A program made the translations under genes and the position numbers. DNA of 64,000 nucleotides from Octopus vulgaris (lineage: Eukaryota). The notes under the pieces are model-generated. The model saw only the letters and a list, made by a program, of their open reading frames with translations, was not told where the DNA came from and made no database searches. The stretch is from assembly GCA_951406725.2 (NCBI GenBank), contig OX597824.1:77190001-77254000 (forward strand). The letters are read 5' to 3'. Below are positions 27,551 through 41,045 of this stretch, one piece after another; position 1 is the first letter of the stretch; each line of letters opens with the position of its first letter.

Positions 27551-27891
27551 ATGTGTTAAGAGTATTTTTACCTCAGAGATTTTTCCTCCTCCCTCCTGAT
27601 TCAAAGATTCCTCTACTAGAACACAAAATGAGGTCATCATACTTTATATAGGTGAATCTTAAAACTCTAATTTTTTTCCTTAATATTTTTTATTTATTTT
27701 TCCTTCTTTTTTTTGTATTCTTCTTCTTTAATGCATTTAACCCTTCTTTCTCTTCCCTTTCACTAATCACCTGCTGAGTTTGCTCCTTTGAAAATGGATA
27801 TGGTATAAGTGGTTGGTGAGGGCCTACATCACTATCTAAGGCTTTTTATCTATATATGTAGTAGGCTTGAATTACTGCTATCGCTTTCTCC

Positions 27892-27939
<48 letters not shown>

Positions 27940-28137
27940 CTATCTCTGTCTCTGTCTGTCTTTCTGTCTCCATCTTTCTCTCTTTCTATCTCTCCCAAAC
28001 ACTTAAGGTGCCTGGAGACAGATGGAGAAAAAAAAAACTAGAAGAAAAAAGGTAGGTAGGTGGGTGGGTGGAAGATAAAAGAAAAAAAAAAACTTATTGA
28101 TTTCAAACTGATTGCTGTGTGAAAAAAATATTGCAGG

Positions 28138-28176
<39 letters not shown>

Positions 28177-28188
28177 CAATAATAAATG

Positions 28189-28228
<40 letters not shown>

Positions 28229-28283
28229 CAATAATAATAATAATAATAATAATAAATGATAATAATAATAATAATGATAATAA

Positions 28284-28314
<31 letters not shown>

Positions 28315-28444
28315 AACAACAACAACAATGATAATAATAATAATGATAATAATAATAGCAATAATAATTTTAAAAATTTATAGAAAATAAAACATAAATA
28401 TAAGTGTTGTTGCAAGTGGTATAAAAATGAGGAAATGGTAGATG

Positions 28445-28500
<56 letters not shown>

Positions 28501-28811
28501 AAATGTGTATTAAATTTTTGTTTTTTTTAGAATTCAAGTATTTTTTATTTTATTTTCAGCATCATTGTATTTGCACTTTACAATAAAATTATTGATTTGT
28601 CGTTGATTTGTGTCGGTTGCTGCCATGGGAAAAAAAGATGGCTGGCTTATAATGATATGAAAAAATGGTCTACTTTGTGACACTGTGACATCTAGTTTGT
28701 CGTAGACATCATAAGGGTGCACACATGTTGTAGGGGTGCAACACTGTGACATCTGTTTTGTTACAAATATCATAAGAGATGTAAAAGATATAAAGAGATA
28801 TAATGGTTGAT

Positions 28812-29191
28812 ACTCTTTACTTGTTTCAGTCAGCTGGAGCACCGCCTTTAGTCGAGCACATCGACCCCGGGACTTATTCTTTGTAAGCCCAGTACTTATT
28901 CTATCGGTCTCTTTTGCCGAACCGCTAAGTAACGGGGACATAAACACACCAGCATCGGTTGTCAAGCAATGCTAGGGGGACAAACACAGACACACAAACA
29001 TACACGCACACATATATATACATATTTACAACGAGCTTCTTTCAGTTTCCGTCTACCAAATCCACTCACAAGGCTTTGGTCGGCCCAAGGCTATAGTAGA
29101 AGACACTTGCCCAAGGTGCCACGCAATGGGACTGAACCCGGAACCATGTGGTTGGTAAGCAAGCTACTTACCGCACGGCCACTCCTGCGCC
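28812..29191 (-). mobile_element. SINE family A, near full length
   Basis: Colinear with 607-1053. Confidence 0.88.
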
Positions 29192-29580
29192 TGATGTAAG
29201 TATTGTAACAAGAAAAATCGCCAACTTTGTGACACCGTGACATTTGTTTTGCTACAAACATTATTGGGATGTAACACATTGATTTCAAATTCTGACAAAA
29301 GGCCAGCAATTTCAGGAGAAGGACTAAGTTGAACTGGTAATTATTCTGTTGATCCCAAAAGGATGAAATGCTAAGTCAACCTCGGCAGAATTTGAACAGA
29401 TCCATGCAGGCATGGCTGTGTCATAAGAAGTTTGCTTCTTAACCACATGGTTCCAGGTTCAGTCCCATTGAGTGGCACCTTGGACAAGTGTCTTCTACTG
29501 TAGCCTTGGGCCAATCAAAGCCTTGTGAGTTGATTTGGTAGATGGAAACTGAAAGAAGCCTGTTGTATACACACACACAC

Positions 29581-29644
<64 letters not shown>

Positions 29645-29707
29645 GAGAGAGAGACAGAGAGAGGCAGAGAGAGACAGAGAGAGGCAGAGAGAGACAGAGA
29701 GAGAGAG

Positions 29708-29746
<39 letters not shown>

Positions 29747-29869
29747 GGAGGTGGAAATAGCACAGAAGTAAGTCATTTTCTACTTCCATCTTTATCTTTT
29801 ATATATGAAAATTTAATTTGTATACATCTCTAATCTTTTTTCAACTATATATATATATGTATACATACA

Positions 29870-29916
<47 letters not shown>

Positions 29917-29949
29917 TGTTTATCTAAAGGTCACAGTACATTTATTAAA

Positions 29950-30002
29950 GTGCTACTAATAGTTTCTTATGTTAAGAAAACTCAAACATATTCTTCAGGC
30001 GC
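29950..30002 (-). ncRNA. Hammerhead motif in inverted pLTR
   Basis: Minus strand GCGC-CTGAAGA-ATATGTT...AACATAA-GAAA-CTATTAG-TA-GCAC then AATAAA. Confidence 0.7.
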
Positions 30003-30526
30003 AAACTAAATATCGTAACGAACTAAATAAATTGAATAATAGAAGAAACACATCAAAAAAAAACTGAGAAGGCAGCATATATTGAAAACACAGACAGTAA
30101 ACAACAGAAAAATGGGAAAAGGAAACACTGCATGTGATTAAATGGAAAGTAATTGAAAAATCTATACCTTATGCAAATAGATCAAATAAATGTAGAATGT
30201 CTTTGGTTGAAAGAGCACAGATCCTGTTCAGATCTAAGATCCCTAACTCTCTGTTGAACTCCAGGTCAGAAATGTTCAGTGTTGCATACATATGTATAAA
30301 TATATTTTGAAGAAATTCGTGACTGAATTGATATCTTTCCAGCCTTATCATTTAGGGTTTAAGGAGGATAGCTTTTTTTATCTTTTTATTTTTTATTTTT
30401 TTAAATTTTAGTTTCTGTTTTTTGTTTTCCGTTTTCTGTTGTTTACTGTCTGTGTTTTTGACATGCTACCTTCTCAGACTTTTCGCGTCTCTTCTATTTT
30501 CTTTAGTTCATTGTGATATGTGATTT

Positions 30527-30579
30527 GTGCCTGAAGAATATGTTTGGGTTTTCTCAACATATGAAACTATTAGTATCGC
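30527..30579 (+). ncRNA. Hammerhead motif in 3' pLTR
   Basis: GTGC-CTGAAGA-ATATGTT-(11 nt)-AACATAT-GAAA-CTATTAG-TA-TCGC; 7-bp stem II, GUA site, stem I decayed. Confidence 0.72.
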
Positions 30580-30919
30580 TTCAATACATGTTACATGCTG
30601 GTATGTGTTGGAGAAATGCATCTATATGAATGTGTCTGAGTGTTCATCTCCCTTTGCCTCAATGTTGCACCCAAGTCGTAGACAAACATCACCATCTTAC
30701 ATGCAGTGTCACATTTTTACGATCCTCTGTGGAGACAAGTCTGGCCATTCTGGGGTGTGTGTGTGCTTTTTTGTGTTCGAAATAGGTGAACAATGGTAAC
30801 AAGAAGAACACCCAGATGTAGAGCATCTGCTTCAAGAAACTTTATCTGCTCCATGCTCTTTTGGAAAAGTGGACACTAAAGATGATGATGATGGTATTTT
30901 ATACCATTTATTTTTTATT

Positions 30920-31322
30920 CATTTCAGTCAGCAGACAGTGGCTGTGCTGGGGTACTATCTTGAAGAATTTTTGTCAAACAGATTGACCCCCCAGTACTTA
31001 TTGATAACTTTTGAAGTCTGATAATTATTTTATCAGTCCCTTTGTCAAACAACTAAGTTACAGGAACATAAATGCACCAACACCTGTTGTCAGCTGATGG
31101 AGGAAAACACATATACAAACACATACACACACACACATACACACATGCACAGACACATATACGATAGGCTTTGTTTAGTTTCCATTTGCCATATGCACTC
31201 ACAAGGCATTGGTTGGCCCAAAGCCATAATAGAAGTAACCTGCCCAGGGTGCGATGCAATGGGACTGAACCCAGAACCATGTGGTTGGGAAGAAAACTTA
31301 TTACCACATGGCCATGCCTGCA
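30920..31322 (-). mobile_element. SINE family A, degenerate
   Basis: Head and tail recognisable. Confidence 0.75.
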
Positions 31323-31324
31323 CA

Positions 31325-31695
31325 TATGAGAAACGGTTGGATGGGACCTACACTTGCCTCCTTATGAGAGCTCAAAATCTCTCGTGGAAGCGCCATCCAA
31401 CCAAAATGCAAATATATGGGAAACTACCACCTGTGTCATCTCTTGTGAAAGGTAGGAGAGTCCAGTTTGCTGGACATTGTTGTAGAGCTGAAAAAGAAGT
31501 AATTTCTACTCTTCTCCTCTGGAAGCCATCTACTCGCAATACCAGAGGGCGCACACTCTCCTACCCTGATGTAATCTCCAGGGATACAGGTATCCAGCAA
31601 CAGGACCTCCGTAATGCCATGATGGACCGTGAAGTCTGGCGTAGCATGGTAAATTCCATTGTCTCGACCACGGTCGAACAATGATGATGATGACA
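31325..31695 (+). mobile_element. RTE-clade LINE 3' fragment
   Basis: Open frame EKRLDGTYTCLLMRAQNLSW...RRVQFAGHCCR...LLLWKP...RGR...AMMDREVWR, typical RTE C-terminus, followed by (TGA)n tail. Confidence 0.88.
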
Positions 31696-31702
31696 TATGA
31701 TA

Positions 31703-31733
<31 letters not shown>

Positions 31734-32534
31734 GTAAAATATTTTATGTTGTGATGACAATAGTGGAAGAAAAAAATATGTGGCACATATCATGCTGTAT
31801 GTTCTACATGAAAACAGGAGCTAGCCATCAAAACTGTGCCTGGCAGCCTACAGGAAGAGATGTACCACAATGCTCAATACACAATAATAGTGGGGGGGAA
31901 GAGGAACAAAAATAAAAAACAAAAAAAAACATTCGCATTCTCTGGAGAAATGCTGTAGATTATATTACACTAGTATTGAAGTGCAAGAAATCTAAGAATG
32001 AATGTTCTTTGAATCAATAACAAGCACATTTCTTCTAGCAAATGATGTCAAAGTAGGAAATATTTCTTAGTTCTATTTCCCTTACAGAACCAACTAGGAT
32101 TTTGTTATTGTTGTTGTTGTTGTTGTTGCTGTCATTGTTTTGTTTTTTTTTTATTTTGTTGGTTGTTTTTTTTTTTTTGCTTTTTGTTTTTCTTCATGCA
32201 AACTCAAAGCGGAAGCACTGGTTGCAGAGGGTTACTTAATGGATATTAAAAAAAAAACTGAGTTAGGGGAATGGGGGTGGGTTGGTGGTGGCGGACAGTT
32301 AGTTGGGTGTGGATGGAAAAACAGATGCGGTTAAGGTGGTTTAAAAAGTGAGCGAGCCGAAAAAAAAAAGGGAAAGAAGTACATTGTTAATTGTAAACAT
32401 GTCTTGCAATGGCGTCTCAGAACTGAGGATAATAATAATGGTAATACTCACATACACACACATAGGACTATATACATGTATATATATGTATGTATGAATG
32501 TATGTATGTATGTATGTATGTATGTATGTATGTA

Positions 32535-32701
<167 letters not shown>

Positions 32702-32974
32702 CATTATCATCATGATCAGCATTTAACATCAGTTTTCCATGCTGGCATAAGTGGGATGGCTTGACAGCAACTGTATATATATATGATGAGGGCCACAATA
32801 ACAACAAGAGCACCTTTGCCATAACCGGCAGTGGTGATACCATTACCGACACTCCTACCACCTCCAGTGACGCCAGCACCAGCAGTCCCAGCTCCTACAG
32901 CAATGATGTCCGTGGCGGCAACAACAACAGCACCAGTAGCTACAGCACTGACAACACATAGCCATGGAGATACA

Positions 32975-33475
32975 CTGAATGTTCTGGAACTCTTTCAAGC
33001 AAAGTCTCTCTAACCACAGGCTGGAGATACATAATATCACTGGCCAGCCATGTCTGGCAACTAAGAAACAATGGGATTCCATACTCGACCACATGGAAAA
33101 TACTTGAGAACCCAGGCCCCTACATCAACAGGATGAAGCGTTGCAAGTTATGCATGACTGAACATGAGAGAATCCTAAAGAACTCACTTGAACCAGAGAA
33201 CATCCTGACTCCAGAAAGAGGCTTTTGGGGCAATGTTTACATTTCAGGAGGTTTCCGCTAGCTTTTTGGAGGCCACAAGATGGTGGTACAGCTGGAAGCC
33301 AATAGCAATGGGATATAATCCTTTATTGTTACCTTTGAGCAGTGAGGCATTTCCTTCTTATTTTTAAGCGGTCTTCTACCAACAAGTCTTTGGGATCTGA
33401 CGGTACACCATTAAGCTAAACCCTTTATGGACAGGAAACCTAAAATAATCCCATAAACCAGCCTTACCCATTTTC
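32975..33475 (+). mobile_element. Penelope-like element 3' remnant (GIY-YIG C-terminus plus pLTR)
   Basis: From 33037 translates SLASHVWQLRNNGIPYSTTWKILENPGPYINRMKRCKLCMTEHERIL, matching LSxxxWxL...WxIL...PY...CxLCxxE of PLE endonucleases. Confidence 0.82.
33392..33452 (+). ncRNA. Degenerate hammerhead motif downstream of endonuclease remnant
   Basis: GGGAT-CTGACGG-...CCATTAAG..CTTTATGG..-GAAA-CCTAAAA-TA-ATCCC; stem I GGGAT/ATCCC. Confidence 0.6.
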
Positions 33476-34020
33476 AATATGTACATACATACATACATAC
33501 ATACATACATACATACACATATATATATCCCTCTCTCTCTTTCGGAGAGGCACAAGCACCTACATGCACATATACACACACGGCAGTAACTTCTGCCTAC
33601 CGAATTCAATCACAAAGCTTCGGTTGGCTCGGGTCTATAGTAGAAAACACCTGTCCAACCTAATCGTGCTCAATCAAGCCCTAACTTTTAGCATGAAAAA
33701 TTCTGACACATCAATACTTTTCTCATTGGATTAAGTATTCACTTCTCTTCCTGTCTTCTGCAATTTTATTTTTGGATCTTCTATATATATGAAGAATTTT
33801 TCTACGTGTGGCTGTTTTCCACTCTACAAAACGAAAAGTTGCATTATGGAACAGTCATTCTAATGAGTTTTTTTTTAATTATCACCCAACGAGATACTCC
33901 TGCACCACCAGATATTCTTATACCAGTTTTTGTGTCCCACAAGAGCAGTCGATGCTAGATGTGCCGAAACAATTGTTGTGATTAATAATATATTCTCATA
34001 TATTCCATCTTCTGTCTTTC

Positions 34021-34075
<55 letters not shown>

Positions 34076-34140
34076 CACACGCAAACACACATGCACATGT
34101 ATAAATATATTTATATATACAAATAAATGCATGCATACAT

Positions 34141-34175
<35 letters not shown>

Positions 34176-34808
34176 TGATGACAGTGATGAAGATGATGAC
34201 AATGATGTTTGTTGCAACGTTGTCAGTTGTAGCTAATGAATTGATGATAAACAGTTTGGTGATATACATAATACATTCCCATCATGACCATCACTACACA
34301 CACACATACACACACAAACACACACACACACACACACAGAGTACACATATGTTGGTCAGACATGCTTGTCATGAATTATATATTCCCTGTGCCAAGTAGG
34401 CTAACTCTAAGAGTGAAATTATTTGCTGTGATTGATGTGTGATGTGTGATGTGGCGGCGTGGGTGGATGTTTTTGTTGATGTGATGTATTGTAGCAATGG
34501 ATAAAGAGCTCTTGATAGCCTCCTTTAACATATATATATATATATATGTATATACACACATGTGTGTATATGTATCTGTGTGTGTGTACACACATTCACA
34601 TACATATACGTAATATGGTACATGCATACGTGTACACATGCATATACAGATACATATATATATACACAAATAGACGTATATATGTATGTATGTGTGTGTA
34701 TGTGTGTGTTCGTGTAATGTATCCATACATATATATATATATATATATACATGTGTGTGTGTGTATGTGTGCATGTGTATGTATGCAAACTTGCAGACAC
34801 ACACATGC

Positions 34809-34897
<89 letters not shown>

Positions 34898-35384
34898 TGC
34901 GTGCGTGTGTGTGTGTGTACAGAAATATTAACAATTGCACCTGCAGGATTTCATTCTATTTCTGTCTGTGTCATTCCTGTTCGTCTTTTTTTTTTTTCCT
35001 TTTATTACAGTTACTTAGTGAAACACATTGTCTCTCTCTCTTTCTCTCTTACACCCTTTCTCCCTTTCTCTCTCTTTTTCTCTCTCTCTCTCTGTCACTC
35101 CCACTCACTTTCACTGTTCATCTTTGAGCTTCCTATAATAAACAACACGATTCAAATGAAAAATCATGCGTACGCATAGGCATGCTTATACATACACTTA
35201 ATGATGTACTACTCAGATGGAATAATAAATGGACAAAGCACAACAAAATTGATATATATATTGATATATATATATTCCTTAATACTGATATTCTTGGATA
35301 TGTCATTAGAAAATTATAAGCTAGATAACCAAAACAGCATTGGTTGCATATTAATATAAGTCAATGCTCAGTGGTATTTCATCT

Positions 35385-36067
35385 GTCTGTATGTTCCGAG
35401 TTCAAATTCCGCCCAGGTCGACCGACTTTGCCTTTCATTTCTTCAGGGGGTCGAATAAAATAAGTACCTATTTCTTTACTACCCACAAGGGGCTAAACAC
35501 AGAGGAGACAAACAAGGACAGATGGATTAAGTCAATTACATCAACTCCAGTGGGTAACTGGTACTTAATTTATCGACCCCGAATGGATGAAAGGCAAAGT
35601 CGACCTCGGCGGAATTTGAACCCAGAACATAGTGGCAGACGAAATACCGCTAAGCATTTCACCCGGCGTGCTAACTTTTCTGCCAGCTCGCCGCCTTGAA
35701 TAAAATAAGTACCAGGCAAGCACTGGGGTTGATTTAATCAACTTGCTCCCTCCCCCATAACTGCTGGCCTTGTGCTAAAATTTGAAACCAACATCATCAT
35801 CATCATCATCATCATCATTAGCATCATCATCATCATTATCATGAATATATAAGGCAGCAAGCTGGCTGGCAGAGTCATTAGCATGTTGGGTAAAATGCTT
35901 AGTGGCATTTCATACTGCCTTATGTTCAGAGTTCAAATTCTGCCGAGGTCAACTTTGGCTTTCATCCTTTCAGGGTCGATAAATTAAGTACCAGTGAAAC
36001 ACTAGGGTCGATGTTATCGACTAGCTCTTTCCCCAAAATTTCAGGCCTTGTGCCTATAGTAGAAAGG

Positions 36068-36099
<32 letters not shown>

Positions 36100-36345
36100 C
36101 ATCATCACCATCATCATCATGTATATATAAGGCAGCAAGCTGGCTGGCAGAATCATTAGCATGCTGGACAAAATCCTTAGTGACAGTTTGTACTGCCTTA
36201 TGTTCGGAGTTCAAACTCCACTGAGGTCGACTTTGCCTTTTTTGTTTTTGGGGTTGATGAAATAAGTACCAGTTGAACACTGGGATCAATGTAATCAACT
36301 TATTCCCTTCCTCGAATTTGCTGGCCTTGTGCTAAAATTTGAAAC
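35385..36345. mobile_element. Cluster of SINE B copies, one nested in opposite orientation (35469-35697)
   Basis: 16-bp duplication GAATAAAATAAGTACC at 35453-35468 and 35698-35713; further plus copies at about 35850-36065 and 36128-36345. Confidence 0.88.
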
Positions 36346-36379
36346 CATTATTATTAACAATATATTGATAATAATAATA

Positions 36380-36757
36380 ACAAGAGCACTCAGACAGTAT
36401 AAACCTCTGCCAAGGCAACACCAGTATCCTCTCAATGATTAGCTGGAGATGATTTTTAAAATGAGAATATCTGAAATATACTTGAGTGCTCTCACAAACA
36501 AGAATACTAAAAATGAATCCAACCACTCTCAAAATTTAAGGAAAAAAAAAACGGAAAAATAATCCAGAATCGTTGTTCAGCACCAGATCGATCCCAAAAT
36601 CTAATCAGTTCGTGCCAGTCACGAGGCCAAACGTCCCTGAAAGTTCCATTCGAATCCATCCAGCAATTCTTGAGATATCTTGTCCATGGACAAACAAACA
36701 AACAAACAAACACAACTGAAAACAATACCTCCGCCTTCCCTAAGGTGGAGGTAGTAA
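36380..36757 (+). mobile_element. Non-autonomous Helentron-type (HINE/DINE-1-like) element
   Basis: 5' ACCTCTGCCAAGG, internal (ACAA)n, 3' hairpin TACCTCCGCCTT/AAGGTGGAGGTA, AA flanks, no evident TSD. Confidence 0.65.
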
Positions 36758-37144
36758 GTGTTTAGCCTTTCTATGAAATTAAGTCCCACTGGGAGTTCCT
36801 TTAGCAGCTTGGAATGACATTTAAATTGAGTGGGTTTTTTTTATTGTTATCTAATAATTTATCATATTCTTTTTACCTCTGCTTCTCAAAATGTTAAGCA
36901 TAAGTAGGAGAACGCTGCTCTCATTAAAAAGCAAACAAGCTCCTTGGTTCAACTTGTTTACATTATGATATCAGATGGCTCGGTATAAAATGATTGTTTA
37001 TGATTTAGCTGCTATTTTGAGCAAACCAATTAACCATGTGTTAGATGAACAAAAACAAATTTTGTCTGTTAAAGAACAACACTCTCTCTTCCTCTATCAC
37101 TCTCTCTCTCTGTCGCTATCATTATCTCTCTGTCTCTATCATTC

Positions 37145-37186
<42 letters not shown>

Positions 37187-37750
37187 ACTCTGTGTGTTTC
37201 TTTCATTCTGTTAGTCTTACTGTTTCATCTGCCAGTTGGAATGAAGGGAGAGTTCATTCATTATTTCAACAAAGTAATTACTATTAGGGATGTTTTTTTT
37301 TTTTGGCTTAGCTAAGGAGATTGTTAAAGGTAAGTTTTTTTTTTGTTCACATATATGCATATCACTGTGCAATCAATATTATAACAAGACACACGCACAC
37401 ACAAACATGCATATGCACACACATGCATATATACAAACACATATAGAGAAAAGATCTCAGGAATAGAATATAAAGGAACGCTGACAAAAACAAAACAGGA
37501 ATACATGATTTATAATATAAATTTGATATTGTTTTCAACCTTTGACATATGACCAGCAGTTCTGAGGGTGGGGTTATGTAAATTATATTGACATCAGTAT
37601 TCAACTGGTATTTATTTTATTGACCCCGAAAGGATTAAAAGCAAAATCAACTTCAGTGGGATTTGAACTCAGAATGTTAAGAAAGATGAAATGCCGTGAA
37701 GCATTTTGCCCAGCATGCTGACAATTCTGCGAGCTTGCCACCTTATTTAA

Positions 37751-38193
37751 CCCTTTAGTGTTCAGATTACTCTTTCAAATATAGTGCTTTTTCATTCACA
37801 TTGTTTTGAATTAATCCTGCATTATCTTGTAGTTCTGAGAATTTGATGATGTGATTGTTTATTTTGAGGATGACATTGTAGGATATGAGCGAAAGGCCAG
37901 ATCTAGATGGTTTGAACATAAAAGAAGTAGAAAATTTGGGCCAGATATGGCCAGTTTAACCCTTTAGTATTTAAACCGGCCATATCCGGCCAAAATATTT
38001 AATCTGTTTTATGTTCAAACTGACCAGATCCAGGTTCTCACACCTACCCTACAATGCTATTCTACATTAGGTAATTACACCATCAAAATCTTGAAGATAT
38101 GAGATAATGCATGATTAATTCAAATCAATGTGAATCAATAAGCATTATGTTTGATAGAATAATCAGAACACTAAAGGGTTAAATGCTAAAGGG
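37751..38193. mobile_element. Two piggyBac-type MITEs, one (37960-38178) nested inversely in the other
   Basis: CCCTTTAG/CTAAAGGG termini; TTAA at 37747, 37956 and 38179; TTTAA at 38194. Confidence 0.88.
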
Positions 38194-38494
38194 TTTAATT
38201 CGATATTGGAAAAAAGAAATATGAGGATTCCTATGTTTTGGAAAGTATTAATTAGGGCAGAGAAGAAAGGTAAAAGAAAATATTCCATCAAATGATATTA
38301 CAGTTTTAGGCAATGCGACGTGCAATAAATGATGGACAGAAGAGAGTAGGGAAAGCATTAAGTTTCACAATCAAGAAGACAAAGAGCAATTGAGTTCTTT
38401 GATAAAGTGAAATGGGGTTATGCCATCTTGAATGTTTTCACTGTAGCTCTGCAGTTAGTGGGTGCATGTGCATGTGTATGCATGTTTATGCACT

Positions 38495-39291
38495 CTTACT
38501 CTTTTTACTCTTTTACTTGTTTCAGTCATTTGACTGTGGCCATGCTGGAGCACCGCCTTTTAGTCGAGCAAATCGACCCCAGGACTTATTCTTTGTAAGT
38601 CTAGTACTTATTCTATCGGTCTCTTTTACTGAACTGCTAAGTTACGGGGGATATAAACACACCAGCATCGGTTGTCAAGCAATTCTAGGGGGACAAACAC
38701 AGACACACAAATACTCACACACACACACATATATATATACATATACATATTAATGCATTCGAGCTTTGGTGTTGGAGAAGACTTTTTCGGATTCCATGGA
38801 CAGCGAGGCTCACCAATGGAGAAGTTCTTAAGCAGATAAGGCCGAAAATGTCACTAGAAGCTAGGATCACCAAGCATAGATTGGCATATTTCGGTCATTT
38901 TATGCGGAGAAAATCCCTGGAGAAGGACATCATGCTCGGAATGGTCAGTGGCAAGAGAGGAAGAGGCCGACCAAGAACCTGCTGGTTTGACACCATCAAG
39001 AGTGATACCGGAATGGACATAGCCAATCTGAAAGAAGCGGCCCAGGATAGAACTGACTGGAGGACACTGACCCAACGAGTGACCGAGAGTCGACTTCGAC
39101 TGAGCAGATAGAGAGAGATACATATATACGACAGGCTTCTTTCAGTTTCCGTCTACCAAATCCACTCACAAGGCTTTGGTCGGCCTGCAGCTATAGTAGA
39201 AGACACTTGCCCAAGGTATCACGCAGTGGGACTGAACCCGGAACCATGTGATTGGTAAGCAAGCTACTTACCACACAGCCACTCCTGCACC
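38495..39291 (-). mobile_element. SINE family A interrupted by an RTE insertion
   Basis: Tail half 38495-38748 and head half 39121-39291 are colinear with intact copies. Confidence 0.88.
38749..39120 (+). mobile_element. RTE (BovB-like) LINE 3' fragment
   Basis: INAFELWCWRRLFRIPWTARLTN...RLAYFGHFMRRKSLEKDIMLGMVSGKRGRGRPR...AAQDRTDWR; (AG)n-like tail. Confidence 0.92.
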
Positions 39292-39299
39292 TGTGTGTA

Positions 39300-39550
39300 T
39301 GAAAGTTACCTTCTCGAGTCATACTGACTCACAAGGAGTGGCTTCCCAGTTTGTGTGGTGTATATATTCCCCAACTGGAGGGGACACCATTCTGTTGCAG
39401 AATTACTCATTATTGCCAGCTTAGTGGACTGGAGCAATGTGAAATGGAGTATTTTGCTCAAGAACACAATGCATCACCTAGTCCAGGAATTGAAACCACA
39501 ATCTTATGATCATGAGTCCAATGTTCTAACCACTAAGCCATGTGCCTCCA
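39300..39550 (-). mobile_element. SINE family D, degenerate
   Basis: Similar to 59847-60098. Confidence 0.75.
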
Positions 39551-39660
39551 CTGTATATGTGTATATGCATATGCAGATAGGTGTGTGCACATGTATAAGG
39601 CAGTGAGGTGTGTATCCATATATGTGTTGTGACATATGTACATGGTGCATGTTGTTACAC

Positions 39661-39691
<31 letters not shown>

Positions 39692-39892
39692 TGGTAGGTG
39701 TGTATGGGAAGGTGTACATAAGGATGAACATGCATGTGTGTGTGGCATGTAGCAGTATAGTGTCGGGGAGGGAAATGAAGTAGTGTGCACATGTTGTGAA
39801 TGGAAACATGGTGATATGCATCATGTTGATACTGTAAATGTAAGCACATGTGTGTGTGTATGTCTCTGAGTGTATGCATTTGTGTATGTGTG

Positions 39893-39935
<43 letters not shown>

Positions 39936-40251
39936 TAGTACAATTGCATGCATTTCCTAAAAACAGGTGAAGAAATTGTAAGCCAATATATATATATATA
40001 TACATATATGCATACATACAAGCACATACAATTGCGAGCACACACACACTCACACATACATACACAGACACACACGCACACACATTCATATGTACATTAG
40101 CCCCAAACCAAACAAGCTATTTCAAAAGTGTTTTAATATCTGTACATTAGCATTAAGTGAAGAGTAGCTGCACACTATATTGCATTAATAATGGATACGT
40201 ATAAGCAAGGTGTGCAGCTAGGGAAACACACTCATATACATGCATTTACTC

Positions 40252-40304
<53 letters not shown>

Positions 40305-41045
40305 GTTGTTGTTGTTGTTGTTGTTGTTATTGTTATTATTATTATTATTATTATTATTGCTGTTGTTAATATTATTATATTTCAAAAATTGAGACTTTAT
40401 GCCTGCTTAAGTAATTAATATTTCTTTTCTGCTATTGGCACAAGGCCTGAAATTTTGGTGGTGGTGGGGAGGGCTAGTTGATTACATTGACTCCGGTGCA
40501 CAACTGGTACTTATTTAATCGACCCTGGAAGGTATCAAAGGCAAAGTTAACCTCGACAGAATTTGAACTCAGAATGTTCACTATACAAGGTGATGTGAGC
40601 TGGCAGAACTGTTAGCATGCCGGACAAAATGCTTTGTAGCATCTCATTCAGCTGTACATTCTGAGTTCAAATTTCACTGAGGTTGACTCCACCTTTCAGC
40701 ATTGACGGAATAATGCTGAAATTACATCAACCCCCAGTTGAGCACTGGGGGTTGATGTAATTGACTTACCCCCTAATCTGCTGACCTTGTGCTAACATTT
40801 GAAGTCAATATTATCATTATATTTCTTATTTACATATGGCTTGTACCAAAGGACATTCTTTTACAAATTATCAAATGGTTTGTCAATAAATCATCAATTA
40901 TTTTTCCTGCAACCCCAGAAGATATTCTAACCCTCCCTATCAAAAGGTTTCGTCTGACACTTTAATCATTTCTTCTTTCTCTCAGCATAAAATTTCTTCA
41001 ATATCGCCTCCATGCTTAACAAATTTTCATTGAAATGTCAAGAGT

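Larger units (their letters stand above)
29917..30590 (+). mobile_element. 5'-truncated Penelope-like element: inverted pLTR, endonuclease C-terminus, pLTR
   Basis: 29950-30120 is a diverged reverse complement of 30425-30580; 30137-30320 translates IKWKVIEKSIPYANRSNKCRMSLVERAQILF...LLNSRSEMFS/CIHMYKYIL; hammerhead motif in both arms; left end abuts (TA)n. Confidence 0.85.

Noticed and set aside
32761-32961. Ser/Thr-rich ORF
   Set aside because: Low-complexity sequence directly upstream of a PLE remnant; no independent support as a gene.
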